Virus record (IMG/VR): IMGVR_UViG_3300045988_020332
Source: a virus
DNA: 45,014 nucleotides
Strand: one strand, 5' to 3'
The position numbers and the translations under genes were made by a program. Each line of letters opens with the position of its first letter. Positions within the stretch are counted from its first letter, which is position 1. The notes beneath the pieces were generated by a model. It worked only from the letters and a program-made list of their open reading frames with translations, was not told where the DNA came from and did not search any database. Positions 25,139-32,989 of the stretch are shown here, piece after piece.

Positions 25139-25214
25139 CAAGAAAAATTGAAAATAATTTGATAAAACATGTTGACAAACAAGAATGTAAGTGCTATTAT
25201 TTGTTCATCAACAA
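25127..25214. promoter_or_regulatory. Operator palindromes of the form TTGTT-N4-AACAA
   Basis: CTTGTTGGTCAACAAG (25127..25142) and TTGTTCATCAACAA (25201..25214). A degenerate copy GTTGACAAACAAG overlaps the PR -35. Confidence 0.6.
25172..25200 (+). promoter_or_regulatory. Early rightward promoter (PR-like)
   Basis: TTGACA (25172..25177), 17-nt spacer, TATTAT (25195..25200). Confidence 0.65.
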
Positions 25215-25300
25215 AAACAAGGAGGTGAAAACAACGAGCCAAATAAAAAAGTTTTTCCACTGGTATTTTTTCGAGCCAAGGAAAACGTTGCTGGAATGGT

Positions 25301-25654
25301 TTATCGGAAAATTCCCAAACTTTCCATTATATGTATCAATAGTGTCTTTACTGTTGATAATATTTCGTCCAGAAGTGGAATCTTGTATACGTCATATCCA
25401 GCAAATAGGGCAACGGTTGATATTGCTGCTGGGATTATAAATCTAACTCGTTCTTTACGCTTGATTCGAAAGTACATTTTGCAATTTCGGTTCACGGTAT
25501 AAACTCCGTGATCTCGATCAAGCAGACCTAGGCGGTTCAGATAGTCTAGTGTCTGGTATCTAAAGAAACGATTAGATTTGATAATCGGCAACAAGTGGAG
25601 AGTTATTCGCTCACTAAAGGATAACTCAATGTTAGAAAAGTCAATATTTTTCAT
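25301..25654 (-). CDS. Hypothetical protein (possible winged-helix N-terminus plus C-terminal TM), antisense to the early leader
   Basis: GAGGAG RBS 7 nt before ATG. TGATATACT extended -10 upstream on the - strand (about 25678..25686). Confidence 0.5.
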   Translation of the reverse strand: MKNIDFSNIELSFSERITLHLLPIIKSNRFFRYQTLDYLNRLGLLDRDHGVYTVNRNCKMYFRIKRKERVRFIIPAAISTVALFAGYDVYKIPLLDEILSTVKTLLIHIMESLGIFR

Positions 25655-25702
25655 TTTAATCTCCTCTCATAGGAGAGTATATCACAAGAAAGGAGTGAGT
25701 GC

Positions 25703-25873
25703 ATGTCTGAAAAAGAAAAAAAGATTCTTGAATCAATAACCAAGGCAGTTCCTAATATGTCGGAATTTGACAAGGGGTATTTCCTTGGGGTCGGCGAAAC
25801 AATTGCAAAATACAAGAATCCCGATAAAACTGACAAGTTTCTTGAACCGAATATTCCAGAACGAAAGGAGTAA
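25703..25873 (+). CDS. 56-aa hypothetical early protein
   Basis: AAAGGAG RBS. MSEKEKKILESITKAVPNMSEFDKGYFLGVGE. Confidence 0.5.
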   Translation: MSEKEKKILESITKAVPNMSEFDKGYFLGVGETIAKYKNPDKTDKFLEPNIPERKE

Positions 25874-25878
25874 AAAAC

Positions 25879-25968
25879 ATGAAACGCCATCCGATTATGG
25901 AATATGTGATTCCAGCAATTGTAGCAATTGTGGCAACAGTTTTAATCCGTTTAGTGCTAGGGTGGTAA
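25879..25968 (+). CDS. 29-aa single-TM peptide
   Basis: GAAAGGAG RBS. MKRHPIMEYVIPAIVAIVATVLIRLVLGW. Confidence 0.4.
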   Translation: MKRHPIMEYVIPAIVAIVATVLIRLVLGW

Positions 25969-26052
25969 GAATTGAAGCAATAATGAAAGGAGTAAATATA
26001 TGAGCGAAGTTGATGCTTACATCAAGGAAAATACAAGGAGGAAAACCAATCA

Positions 26053-26688
26053 ATGAAAAAATTCGAACTGACAGCAGAGTCAAAAATCAACATCTTTGGA
26101 AAGAAGCTTTTCCGTATCAAGGCGCTTATATCATTTGGAGATGTAGAAGAGGGAGAAACTGGTGGGTGGATTGAGAAAGAGGAAAACCTTGAACAGTCCT
26201 CCGGCGATGCATGGGTCTCCGGCGATGCAGAGGTCTCCGGCGATGCAAGGGTCTACGGCAATGCAAGGGTCTCCGGCGATGCAAGGGTCTCCGGCGATGC
26301 AGAGGTCTACGGCAATGCATGGGTCTCCGGCGATGCATGGGTCTACGGCAATGCAAGGGTCTCCGGCGATGCATGGGTCTACGGCAATGCAAGGGTCTAC
26401 GGCGATGCAGAGGTCTACGGCGATGCAAGGGTCTCCGGCGATGCAGAGGTCTACGGCAATGCAGACTATACAACCATTCATGGTTTCGGCACTCAGTTCC
26501 GTACAACTACATTCTTTCAGTGCGAAGATAAGCAGATCAGAGTATCTTGCGGTTGTTTCTTAGGAACAATTCCAGAGTTCCGCGAACAGGTAAAAAATAC
26601 CAGAGAGGGCAAAATTGTGGAAGAGTACCTTATGATTGCCGACCTGATGGAAAAGCATTTTGTAAAAGAAAAAGAAAGTGGTGAATAA
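26053..26688 (+). CDS. Hexapeptide-repeat (predicted beta-helix) protein with a Cys-containing C-terminal domain
   Basis: AAGGAGG RBS. 14 full units of [S/Y]G[D/N]A[W/E/R]V plus a partial unit. Confidence 0.8.
   Translation: MKKFELTAESKINIFGKKLFRIKALISFGDVEEGETGGWIEKEENLEQSSGDAWVSGDAEVSGDARVYGNARVSGDARVSGDAEVYGNAWVSGDAWVYGNARVSGDAWVYGNARVYGDAEVYGDARVSGDAEVYGNADYTTIHGFGTQFRTTTFFQCEDKQIRVSCGCFLGTIPEFREQVKNTREGKIVEEYLMIADLMEKHFVKEKESGE
26200..26463 (+). repeat. Perfect-phase 18-bp tandem repeat, 14.7 copies
   Basis: Unit T[C/A]CGGC[G/A]ATGCA[TGG/GAG/AGG]GTC. All other positions are invariant, including synonymous sites. Confidence 0.95.
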
Positions 26689-26690
26689 TT

Positions 26691-27026
26691 ATGACCCCAG
26701 AAGGAGTAAACCTTTACGTCAAAGAAAATGCAGAAGTTCATCAGTTCGCTGCAGAGGTTGCAAGAATCATATCAGGCATTCCACAGATGCCGGAATTCTC
26801 GTCAGAAATTCTGACCGTAGCCGACGCGAGCCAATTGATCGGACTTCCTGTTACAGCAATCCGGGCAGGGATTGTGTATGGATGGTTGCCAATTGGTGTG
26901 GCTGTGCAGAATAACAAGCCAGCAAAAAGCCTTTCCGGTGGACGAATCACATACATCATAAGCCCTAGGAAAGTCTATGAAGTGACCGGACACGTCTGGA
27001 AAGGCAAAGAGGCTCTCAATAAGTGA
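26691..27026 (+). CDS. Putative DNA-binding protein (Xis/AlpA/MerR-like HTH candidate)
   Basis: LTVADASQLIGLPVTAIRAGIVYGWLP resembles excisionase-type HTHs. Confidence 0.4.
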   Translation: MTPEGVNLYVKENAEVHQFAAEVARIISGIPQMPEFSSEILTVADASQLIGLPVTAIRAGIVYGWLPIGVAVQNNKPAKSLSGGRITYIISPRKVYEVTGHVWKGKEALNK

Positions 27027-27162
27027 GTGCCCCGGAGGGAGCTGAAACCTCCACCCCGGAGCTTTGAACCCACTAAAATACCTTAGTGGATAGATACATT
27101 ATAGTTCTCTATCTGCTAATTGTAAAGACAAATAAGAAAAAATAAGGAGAAATTAGCTAGAT

Positions 27163-27342
27163 ATGAGCGAAATTAGAAACGAAAACCAGCCAACATGGGC
27201 TGACATCGAAGTAGCACTTGCGACTGAAATTGTCGAAGAAAGTAAGAAGAGATCAAGAAAATGGTTCACGGCATGGATTGTAACAGTCGCCGCACTGGTA
27301 GCGAGTAATCTTGTGTGGATTCTTGGAGGAATTGAAAAATGA
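27163..27342 (+). CDS. 59-aa C-terminally TM-anchored peptide
   Basis: AAGGAG upstream. WFTAWIVTVAALVASNLVWILGG. Below the track cutoff. Confidence 0.4.
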   Translation: MSEIRNENQPTWADIEVALATEIVEESKKRSRKWFTAWIVTVAALVASNLVWILGGIEK

Positions 27343-27485
27343 ATAAGGTTCGCGTAAGGGAAATACTTATGGCGATCACTATAGGAATTCTGGTGACGTT
27401 CCTACCGTGTTGGGAGTGGTCAGGAGTACTTGACAGAATCATGGCGGCAGTGGTTATGAGCCTGATTCTGATAGGAAATTTATGA
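27339..27485 (+). CDS. 48-aa two-TM peptide
   Basis: ATGA overlap with the upstream ORF. Hydrophobic helices. Confidence 0.35.
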   Translation: MNKVRVREILMAITIGILVTFLPCWEWSGVLDRIMAAVVMSLILIGNL

Positions 27486-27497
27486 AAAGGAGAAAAA

Positions 27498-27764
27498 ATG
27501 AACGAGGAGAAAATCAAGGAATTATTTGAATTGTGCCTGAGAGTTTCAAGTGAAACAACGGCGCATGTGAATTTTGACTATACGGCGTGTGACGACATAT
27601 CCGGAGTTTATATTTATGTATTTAATGATGCAGGGGAGATCGTAAAGCATTTTACATTGTGCCAGTTTTACAACTTTAAATCTGAATCTCAGAACTATGA
27701 AAATGCAAAGAAATGCCTTCTGGAACTTCTTATCAATGGGAGGTGTCCGTTAAATGAATCTTGA
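27498..27764 (+). CDS. Hypothetical early protein
   Basis: AAAGGAGAA RBS. ORF track. Confidence 0.5.
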   Translation: MNEEKIKELFELCLRVSSETTAHVNFDYTACDDISGVYIYVFNDAGEIVKHFTLCQFYNFKSESQNYENAKKCLLELLINGRCPLNES

Positions 27765-28032
27765 AGAATTAAGACTTCTTCCGAAATGGAATATGGTTCT
27801 TGCAGTAAACGTCCTTCTGGATGAGCTTAACAAACGAGATACACCAATCGTTGACTGGGAGAATTCAGACATGTTTATCGACCATCTTGAGTATCACGCC
27901 GCTGATTCCATTCAGAACGGCAAGACGGTCCCGGGCATGGGAGATAAGTCAGACGCAATCTATTGTTTTTTTAAGCAGTTAAAGGAGCCAGTCTATGAAC
28001 GAGAGGATACAGGAAGTACTGAGACTGATTGA
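27754..28032 (+). CDS. Hypothetical early protein
   Basis: ORF track. Overlapping start. Confidence 0.45.
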   Translation: MNLEELRLLPKWNMVLAVNVLLDELNKRDTPIVDWENSDMFIDHLEYHAADSIQNGKTVPGMGDKSDAIYCFFKQLKEPVYEREDTGSTETD

Positions 28033-28168
28033 TGTTCAGCTTGCACTTGCTCCAGACAATCCAATAGAGGAGCAGTATAAGGCGAGAACGTTGTCAAGTT
28101 ATGTGCAGACTTTAAATGGGCTTTTAACGGCTCAGAAATCATATAAGGAGGAAAGCATCAATGAGTGA
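27995..28168 (+). CDS. Possible 57-aa helical protein
   Basis: AAAGGAG 7 nt before ATG 27995. Overlaps the upstream ORF by 38 nt. Confidence 0.3.
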   Translation: MNERIQEVLRLIDVQLALAPDNPIEEQYKARTLSSYVQTLNGLLTAQKSYKEESINE

Positions 28169-28361
28169 ATTTGAAATCCGTATTCCGGCAAGGAAGAAGC
28201 AACCTGCAACCGATAAGGATAACCCGGTCGTGAAAGTTTCGCCAGAAGCATACAACGCACTGGTCGAAATCTATAACGAATCAACCTTATCAATGAAAGA
28301 TATCGCAAGCTTGCTGATTATTGAGGGCAGCAAGCATGTAGTTTATGACAAGGAGGAATAG
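28161..28361 (+). CDS. Hypothetical small protein
   Basis: AAGGAGGAAAG RBS. ORF track. Confidence 0.5.
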   Translation: MSEFEIRIPARKKQPATDKDNPVVKVSPEAYNALVEIYNESTLSMKDIASLLIIEGSKHVVYDKEE

Positions 28362-28363
28362 CA

Positions 28364-29014
28364 ATGGCAACACCAGTATTAATTATTGGAAAATCTGGTT
28401 CTGGCAAAAGTACCAGTCTTAGAAACTGCCAGAACGAACACTGGAATCTTATTAGAGTATTAAATAAACCACTTCCGTTTAAAGGAAAGATTGACGGATG
28501 GTTTACAGATGATTACCAGCAGGTAATGAAGTGTCTGATCGCATCAAAAGCGGAGTCAATTGTAATTGATGATGCAGGATATCTTATCACGAATCATTTC
28601 ATGAAGGGACACGCTTCTGCTGGAAAAGGCAATGCAGTGTTCGCTCTGTACAATGATATTGGAGACTATTTCTGGAATCTTATCCAGTTTATTGTAACGA
28701 AAGTACCGCAGAATAAAATTGTTTACCTTATGATGCATGAAGAAAAGGATGATTCTGGAGAAGTAAAGCCCAAGACCATCGGAAAGCTTCTGGACGAAAA
28801 GGTTTGCATCGAAGGTATGTTTACCATCGTTCTTCGCTGCATCGAAGAGAGTGGTAAGCACTTATTTGTCACCCAGTCCAGTCAGGGAGCGGTAAGCAAG
28901 TCCCCGATCGGGATGTTTGACAGTTTAACTATTGATAATGACCTTGCAGAAGTCGACAAGGTTATCAGGGATTATTATGAATTAGGAGGAACAGACAATG
29001 CAGAAGCCAAATAA
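28364..29014 (+). CDS. P-loop NTPase (recombination/replication-associated ATPase)
   Basis: Walker A IIGKSGSGKST. Walker B-like SIVIDDAG. Confidence 0.7.
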   Translation: MATPVLIIGKSGSGKSTSLRNCQNEHWNLIRVLNKPLPFKGKIDGWFTDDYQQVMKCLIASKAESIVIDDAGYLITNHFMKGHASAGKGNAVFALYNDIGDYFWNLIQFIVTKVPQNKIVYLMMHEEKDDSGEVKPKTIGKLLDEKVCIEGMFTIVLRCIEESGKHLFVTQSSQGAVSKSPIGMFDSLTIDNDLAEVDKVIRDYYELGGTDNAEAK

Positions 29015-29621
29015 TTACGATACTACACAGGCAGCAGGAGAATTTGAACCGATTAAGCTCGGCGGTCATAAGATGATTATTAAACAGGTGTCAGAGCGTC
29101 AGTCAAAACCAGACAATAAGGGAAAAACTAAAAATATGCTCGTTATTCTGTTTGATTTTGCCGACGGTGACGAACAGGCGGGGTACTTTATGAAGCAGTT
29201 TGAGAATGATATCCGTCCAGACAAGAAATATCCGAATGCCGGTACTAACTATATGGTTATTGACGAGAGTGTAGACTATGGTGTCCGTAACCTTAAAACA
29301 TTTATCACGTGCGTAGAAAAGTCAAATCCGGGGTTTGATGTGAAGTGGGGCGATAACTTCGGGCAGCAGTTCAAAGGTAAGCTGATCGGCGGCATCTTCC
29401 GTCTTGAAAAAGACTGGTACGATAACAAGGAAGTAAAACGTCACAAGCTTGCATGGTTCCGAAGTATTGAGGGAATTAAGGATACAGACATCCCAGAAGA
29501 GCGCACCACAAAAGCCTATGACGATCATCTGAAAGAAGAAACTATCATGGGAACAAATCCGGCAGGTACGGACTTTATGAGTATTCCATATGGAATTGAT
29601 GAAGAACTTCCATTCAATTAA
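28998..29621 (+). CDS. DUF669-like protein (SSB-like accessory of phage recombination modules)
   Basis: N-terminal FEPIKLGGHKMIIKQVSE pattern. Sits after the ATPase. Confidence 0.5.
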   Translation: MQKPNNYDTTQAAGEFEPIKLGGHKMIIKQVSERQSKPDNKGKTKNMLVILFDFADGDEQAGYFMKQFENDIRPDKKYPNAGTNYMVIDESVDYGVRNLKTFITCVEKSNPGFDVKWGDNFGQQFKGKLIGGIFRLEKDWYDNKEVKRHKLAWFRSIEGIKDTDIPEERTTKAYDDHLKEETIMGTNPAGTDFMSIPYGIDEELPFN

Positions 29622-29636
29622 AAGGATGTGTTTTTA

Positions 29637-30134
29637 ATGGTTATACAAGTGGACACAAGGGAACATAAATCAGAATGGGAACGGATTCAGAGTCAGTTTG
29701 ATAGCCTTGGAGTGCAGTATTTTCGCTCTAAATTGTATTGCGGTGATTATCAATCACTGGAAAATGCAAAACTCTGTATTGACCGTAAAAAGGATTTGCA
29801 AGAGATTTGTGGAAATATCTGCCAGCAGCATGAAAGATTCAAAGCAGAGCTTATCAGAGCGCGTGAAGCAGGTATTCAGTTGATTATCCTATGTGAACAT
29901 GGATCAGATATTAAATCAGTTGGTGACGTATATTTCTGGGAGAATCCCCGAAAACACAAAGTCATCTGGAAGACGGTAAACGGCAAAAAGGTAAAGACTG
30001 TGATATCTGACAAGGCTGTTGATGGATGTCAACTATATAAATCTCTATGTACGATCAGAGATAAATACGGTGTCAGATTTGAATTCTGTACAAAAGAAGA
30101 GACTGGACGGCGAATCGTGGAGTTACTGACATGA
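29637..30134 (+). CDS. ERCC4-type (XPF/Mus81-like) nuclease
   Basis: VDTRE, GDY and IDRKK..DL motifs in order. Confidence 0.65.
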   Translation: MVIQVDTREHKSEWERIQSQFDSLGVQYFRSKLYCGDYQSLENAKLCIDRKKDLQEICGNICQQHERFKAELIRAREAGIQLIILCEHGSDIKSVGDVYFWENPRKHKVIWKTVNGKKVKTVISDKAVDGCQLYKSLCTIRDKYGVRFEFCTKEETGRRIVELLT

Positions 30135-30622
30135 CGAAAGAAGAAATCAAGCAGCAAAACAGTATGAGAGATGTTCTGAGTAGATACGGAATGGTTCCGA
30201 ACAGATCAGGATTTGTTCAGTGTCCATTTCATACCGGAGATCGTACTGCATCCATGAAAATCTACAAAGACAGCTATTATTGTTTTGGATGTGGTGCAAC
30301 TGGTGACATATTTACATTCGTTCAGAACATGGATAATTGCGATTTTAAGACAGCTTTTAACTTACTCGGAGGAACTTACCAAAAGCCAAATTTCTCTTCC
30401 AGAATGGCAATATATCACCATCAGAAGCAGATGGAAATGCGACAGAAGGAAGAACAGAAGAAAAAGGTTGAGCTGCAAGAATGCTTGTCTGATATAGATT
30501 TTTACCGGGCTATCCTTGACAGGGTAAAACCATTATCTGACGGATGGTGTGAAGCATGGAACAGGTTGCAACTTGCGCTATATCACCATGGATTCATAAC
30601 AGGACTGGAAGAAGGTGATTAA
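30131..30622 (+). CDS. Stand-alone CHC2 (DnaG-type) zinc-finger protein
   Basis: CPFHTGDRTASMKIY...YCFGCGATGDIFTF. Confidence 0.8.
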   Translation: MTKEEIKQQNSMRDVLSRYGMVPNRSGFVQCPFHTGDRTASMKIYKDSYYCFGCGATGDIFTFVQNMDNCDFKTAFNLLGGTYQKPNFSSRMAIYHHQKQMEMRQKEEQKKKVELQECLSDIDFYRAILDRVKPLSDGWCEAWNRLQLALYHHGFITGLEEGD

Positions 30623-30625
30623 CAC

Positions 30626-32527
30626 GTGGAAATGATAAACAAGCTCACGAAGGATTCTATTCTGGGAGAAGATGTGTTTGACGAGATATTCAGTCAGGAA
30701 GACGAGATATACAAGGCACGTCTTACGCTGACTCTTCTGGACAGAGCCAAGGAGCTTGGTGTAAAGAAAAAATTCGAAGATTTGCTTAAGGCTTACACGA
30801 AAGTGCAGAAGCAGATGATCGAGAAAGAGAAAAGCAATAGGGCGTTGTCTATGCTGGACCAGTGGACGAACTTTTCTGATTGCGAATATGACAGAATGAA
30901 GTGTCTCAACTGGGTGGCGGACGATGATGGAATCAGAATATCAAACACAAATCCAGGATCGCCGGATATTATAGCTTGCTATCATCCTATTCTTCCGATT
31001 GAACGAATGAAGAATCTGGAAACCGGAGAAGAACAGATAAAGCTAATCTATAAGAGGAATAATAAATGGTCCGAGGTTATTGTACCGAAAACCATGGTTG
31101 CATCATCTACTAAAATCGTTGGCTTGTCTGCGCTTGGGATTTCAGTGACTTCTGAGAATGCGAAGTTTCTTGTACGGTATCTGTCAGATGTTGAGAATGC
31201 AAATGACGATTATATCAACATTCAGTATTCCTCCAGTAAAATCGGGTGGATCAGGGATTATTTTCTTCCCTATGACAAAGATATTGTGTTCGATGGAGAT
31301 ATGAGGTTCCGGCAACTGTACGAAAGTATCAGCGTAGGTGGCAGCAGAACAGAATGGTATGAACACGTGAAGAAGGTTCGTGCTACTGGAAGAATAGAAC
31401 CTAAAATCATGTTGGCTGCAAGCTTCGCTAGCATTCTGATCAAACTGGTCGGCGCCCTTCCATTTTTTGTAGACCTCTGGGGAGAAACTGAGGGTGGCAA
31501 GACTGTAACGCTTATGCTGGGAGCTTCTGTCTGGGCGAATCCAGGCGAATCACGATATATAGGAGACTTCAAGACAACAGATGTGGCTCTGGAAGCAAAA
31601 TCCGATATGCTCAATAATCTTCCGCTAATTCTGGATGATACTTCCAAGGTATCTGCCAAGATCAGGGATAACTTTGAAGGGATTGTATACGATTTATGCT
31701 CAGGGAAAGGAAAGAGCCGTTCCAATAAGGAATTGGGAGTCAACCGGGAGAACCGCTGGCAGAACTGCATTCTGACCAATGGTGAACGACCGCTTGCCGG
31801 ATATGTCAGCCAAAGTGGAGCTATCAACCGAATTATTGAGGTTGAGTGTTCTGAAAAGATATTTGATGATCCACAGCTTACCGCAGATACCCTTAAAAAG
31901 AACTACGGATATGCAGGAATCGACTTTGTGAACGCAGTCAAGGAAATGTCCATTGATGATATAAAAGCCCTGCAAAAGCACTATCAGGGGCTTATACAGG
32001 ACGATGACAAGATGCAGAAGCAGAGCATATCTATGAGTATTATTCTGGCAGCAGATAAGATTGCAACAGATCAGCTATTCCATGATGACCAGTACATTGA
32101 CATTGAGACAGCAAAGAGCCTCCTGACAGAGAAAGAAATGGTTTCCGAAAACGAACGTGCTTACTGGTTCGTGGTTGACAAGATCGCTATGAACGGAATT
32201 AAATTCGATGATAACCCGGATGTTAAGACAGAAAGATGGGGAGTTATTGACAATGATCCGGTAGAGAAAACGTCAACCGCAATAATCTATAGTGCAGCGT
32301 TTGATGATCTATGCAAAATTGGAAAATTCTCTAGAAAGGCATTCTTGTCATGGGCTGTTAAGAAGGGGCTTGTGGAAACCGACAGCAGAGGTTATCCGAC
32401 CAAAGCGAAGAAGTTGGACGGAATTGTCACCAAATGTGTGTTCTTGAAAATTGTAGATGAAATTCCAAAAGGATTCGTGAATTGCAATGATGATTTTGAG
32501 ATTACGGACGATATTGTGTTTGATTAA
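30626..32527 (+). CDS. DUF927/SF3-like replicative helicase (primase-helicase family)
   Basis: GTG start. LWGETEGGKTVTLMLGASVWANPG Walker A context and LILDD Walker B. Confidence 0.7.
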   Translation: MEMINKLTKDSILGEDVFDEIFSQEDEIYKARLTLTLLDRAKELGVKKKFEDLLKAYTKVQKQMIEKEKSNRALSMLDQWTNFSDCEYDRMKCLNWVADDDGIRISNTNPGSPDIIACYHPILPIERMKNLETGEEQIKLIYKRNNKWSEVIVPKTMVASSTKIVGLSALGISVTSENAKFLVRYLSDVENANDDYINIQYSSSKIGWIRDYFLPYDKDIVFDGDMRFRQLYESISVGGSRTEWYEHVKKVRATGRIEPKIMLAASFASILIKLVGALPFFVDLWGETEGGKTVTLMLGASVWANPGESRYIGDFKTTDVALEAKSDMLNNLPLILDDTSKVSAKIRDNFEGIVYDLCSGKGKSRSNKELGVNRENRWQNCILTNGERPLAGYVSQSGAINRIIEVECSEKIFDDPQLTADTLKKNYGYAGIDFVNAVKEMSIDDIKALQKHYQGLIQDDDKMQKQSISMSIILAADKIATDQLFHDDQYIDIETAKSLLTEKEMVSENERAYWFVVDKIAMNGIKFDDNPDVKTERWGVIDNDPVEKTSTAIIYSAAFDDLCKIGKFSRKAFLSWAVKKGLVETDSRGYPTKAKKLDGIVTKCVFLKIVDEIPKGFVNCNDDFEITDDIVFD

Positions 32528-32545
32528 TAAACAATTCGTTCAAAA

Positions 32546-32731
32546 GGTAACCGGGTAACCTAGGTAACCTTTGATTCTGTATATATATATATGAGTATTT
32601 ATATGCACATATTGAGTATAAAAGTTTCCCTATATGAGAAAGTCAGGGTTACTCGGTTACTCGGTTACCATGCAGTAAAATCAATGGTTTGCGGATTTTT
32701 GAACGGTTACGTTTCGGTTACTATCGGTTAC
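32546..32731. other. Putative origin of replication: inverted iterons flanking an AT-rich spacer
   Basis: GGTAACC x3 (32546, 32554, 32563). AT-rich TATATATATATATGAGTATTTATATGCACATATTGAGTATAAAAG. GGTTAC(T/C)C x3 in tandem (32647..32670). CGGTTAC x3 at 10-11 bp spacing (32704, 32715, 32725). Confidence 0.7.
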
Positions 32732-32749
32732 TCGCAAAGAAGGTGAATA

Positions 32750-32977
32750 ATGAAAGTAGAAGCTAAAGATATTCCGATCATGCACAAGTTCATGCCAGAG
32801 TTCTGGAATACAATAAAAGAATTTTACAATGCGAAAAATGATGATGAGTATTTCGATGAATTACATAAAAGAATTGAGGATTTATATGAAATCTATCCAG
32901 ACAGTTTGGCAAGATATCTGTCTTTAGCCTTTTACAAATGGGCTGCGGATGTGTCAACAGGGAAATGCAAAATATAA
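32750..32977 (+). CDS. Hypothetical protein
   Basis: AAGGTGA RBS. ORF track. Confidence 0.5.
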   Translation: MKVEAKDIPIMHKFMPEFWNTIKEFYNAKNDDEYFDELHKRIEDLYEIYPDSLARYLSLAFYKWAADVSTGKCKI

Positions 32978-32989
32978 GAAGCATGGAAA

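Noticed and set aside
25159-25502. + strand ORFs 25159..25440 and 25191..25502 as Cro candidates
   Set aside because: Both begin upstream of or within the promoter. The in-frame GTG at 25225 is inside the SD-like string. They overlap the better-supported - strand gene. No HTH is visible.
26200-26463. Possible CRISPR array (regular short repeats)
   Set aside because: The units are directly tandem with no spacers, are 18 bp long, and lie in frame inside a coding sequence.
26126-26563. Four extra long ORFs (two per strand) overlapping the hexapeptide-repeat gene
   Set aside because: They are open only because the 18-bp unit lacks stops in several frames. Their products are monotonous (RRPLH or GLRRC repeats) and lack RBSs. 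The frame with AAGGAGG and non-repeat N- and C-terminal domains (26053..26688) is the real gene.
27027-27062. Terminator after 26691..27026 (direct CCCCGGAG repeats with a GGAGG...CCTCC stem)
   Set aside because: The stem is only 5 bp and no T-run follows. Not convincing as a terminator.
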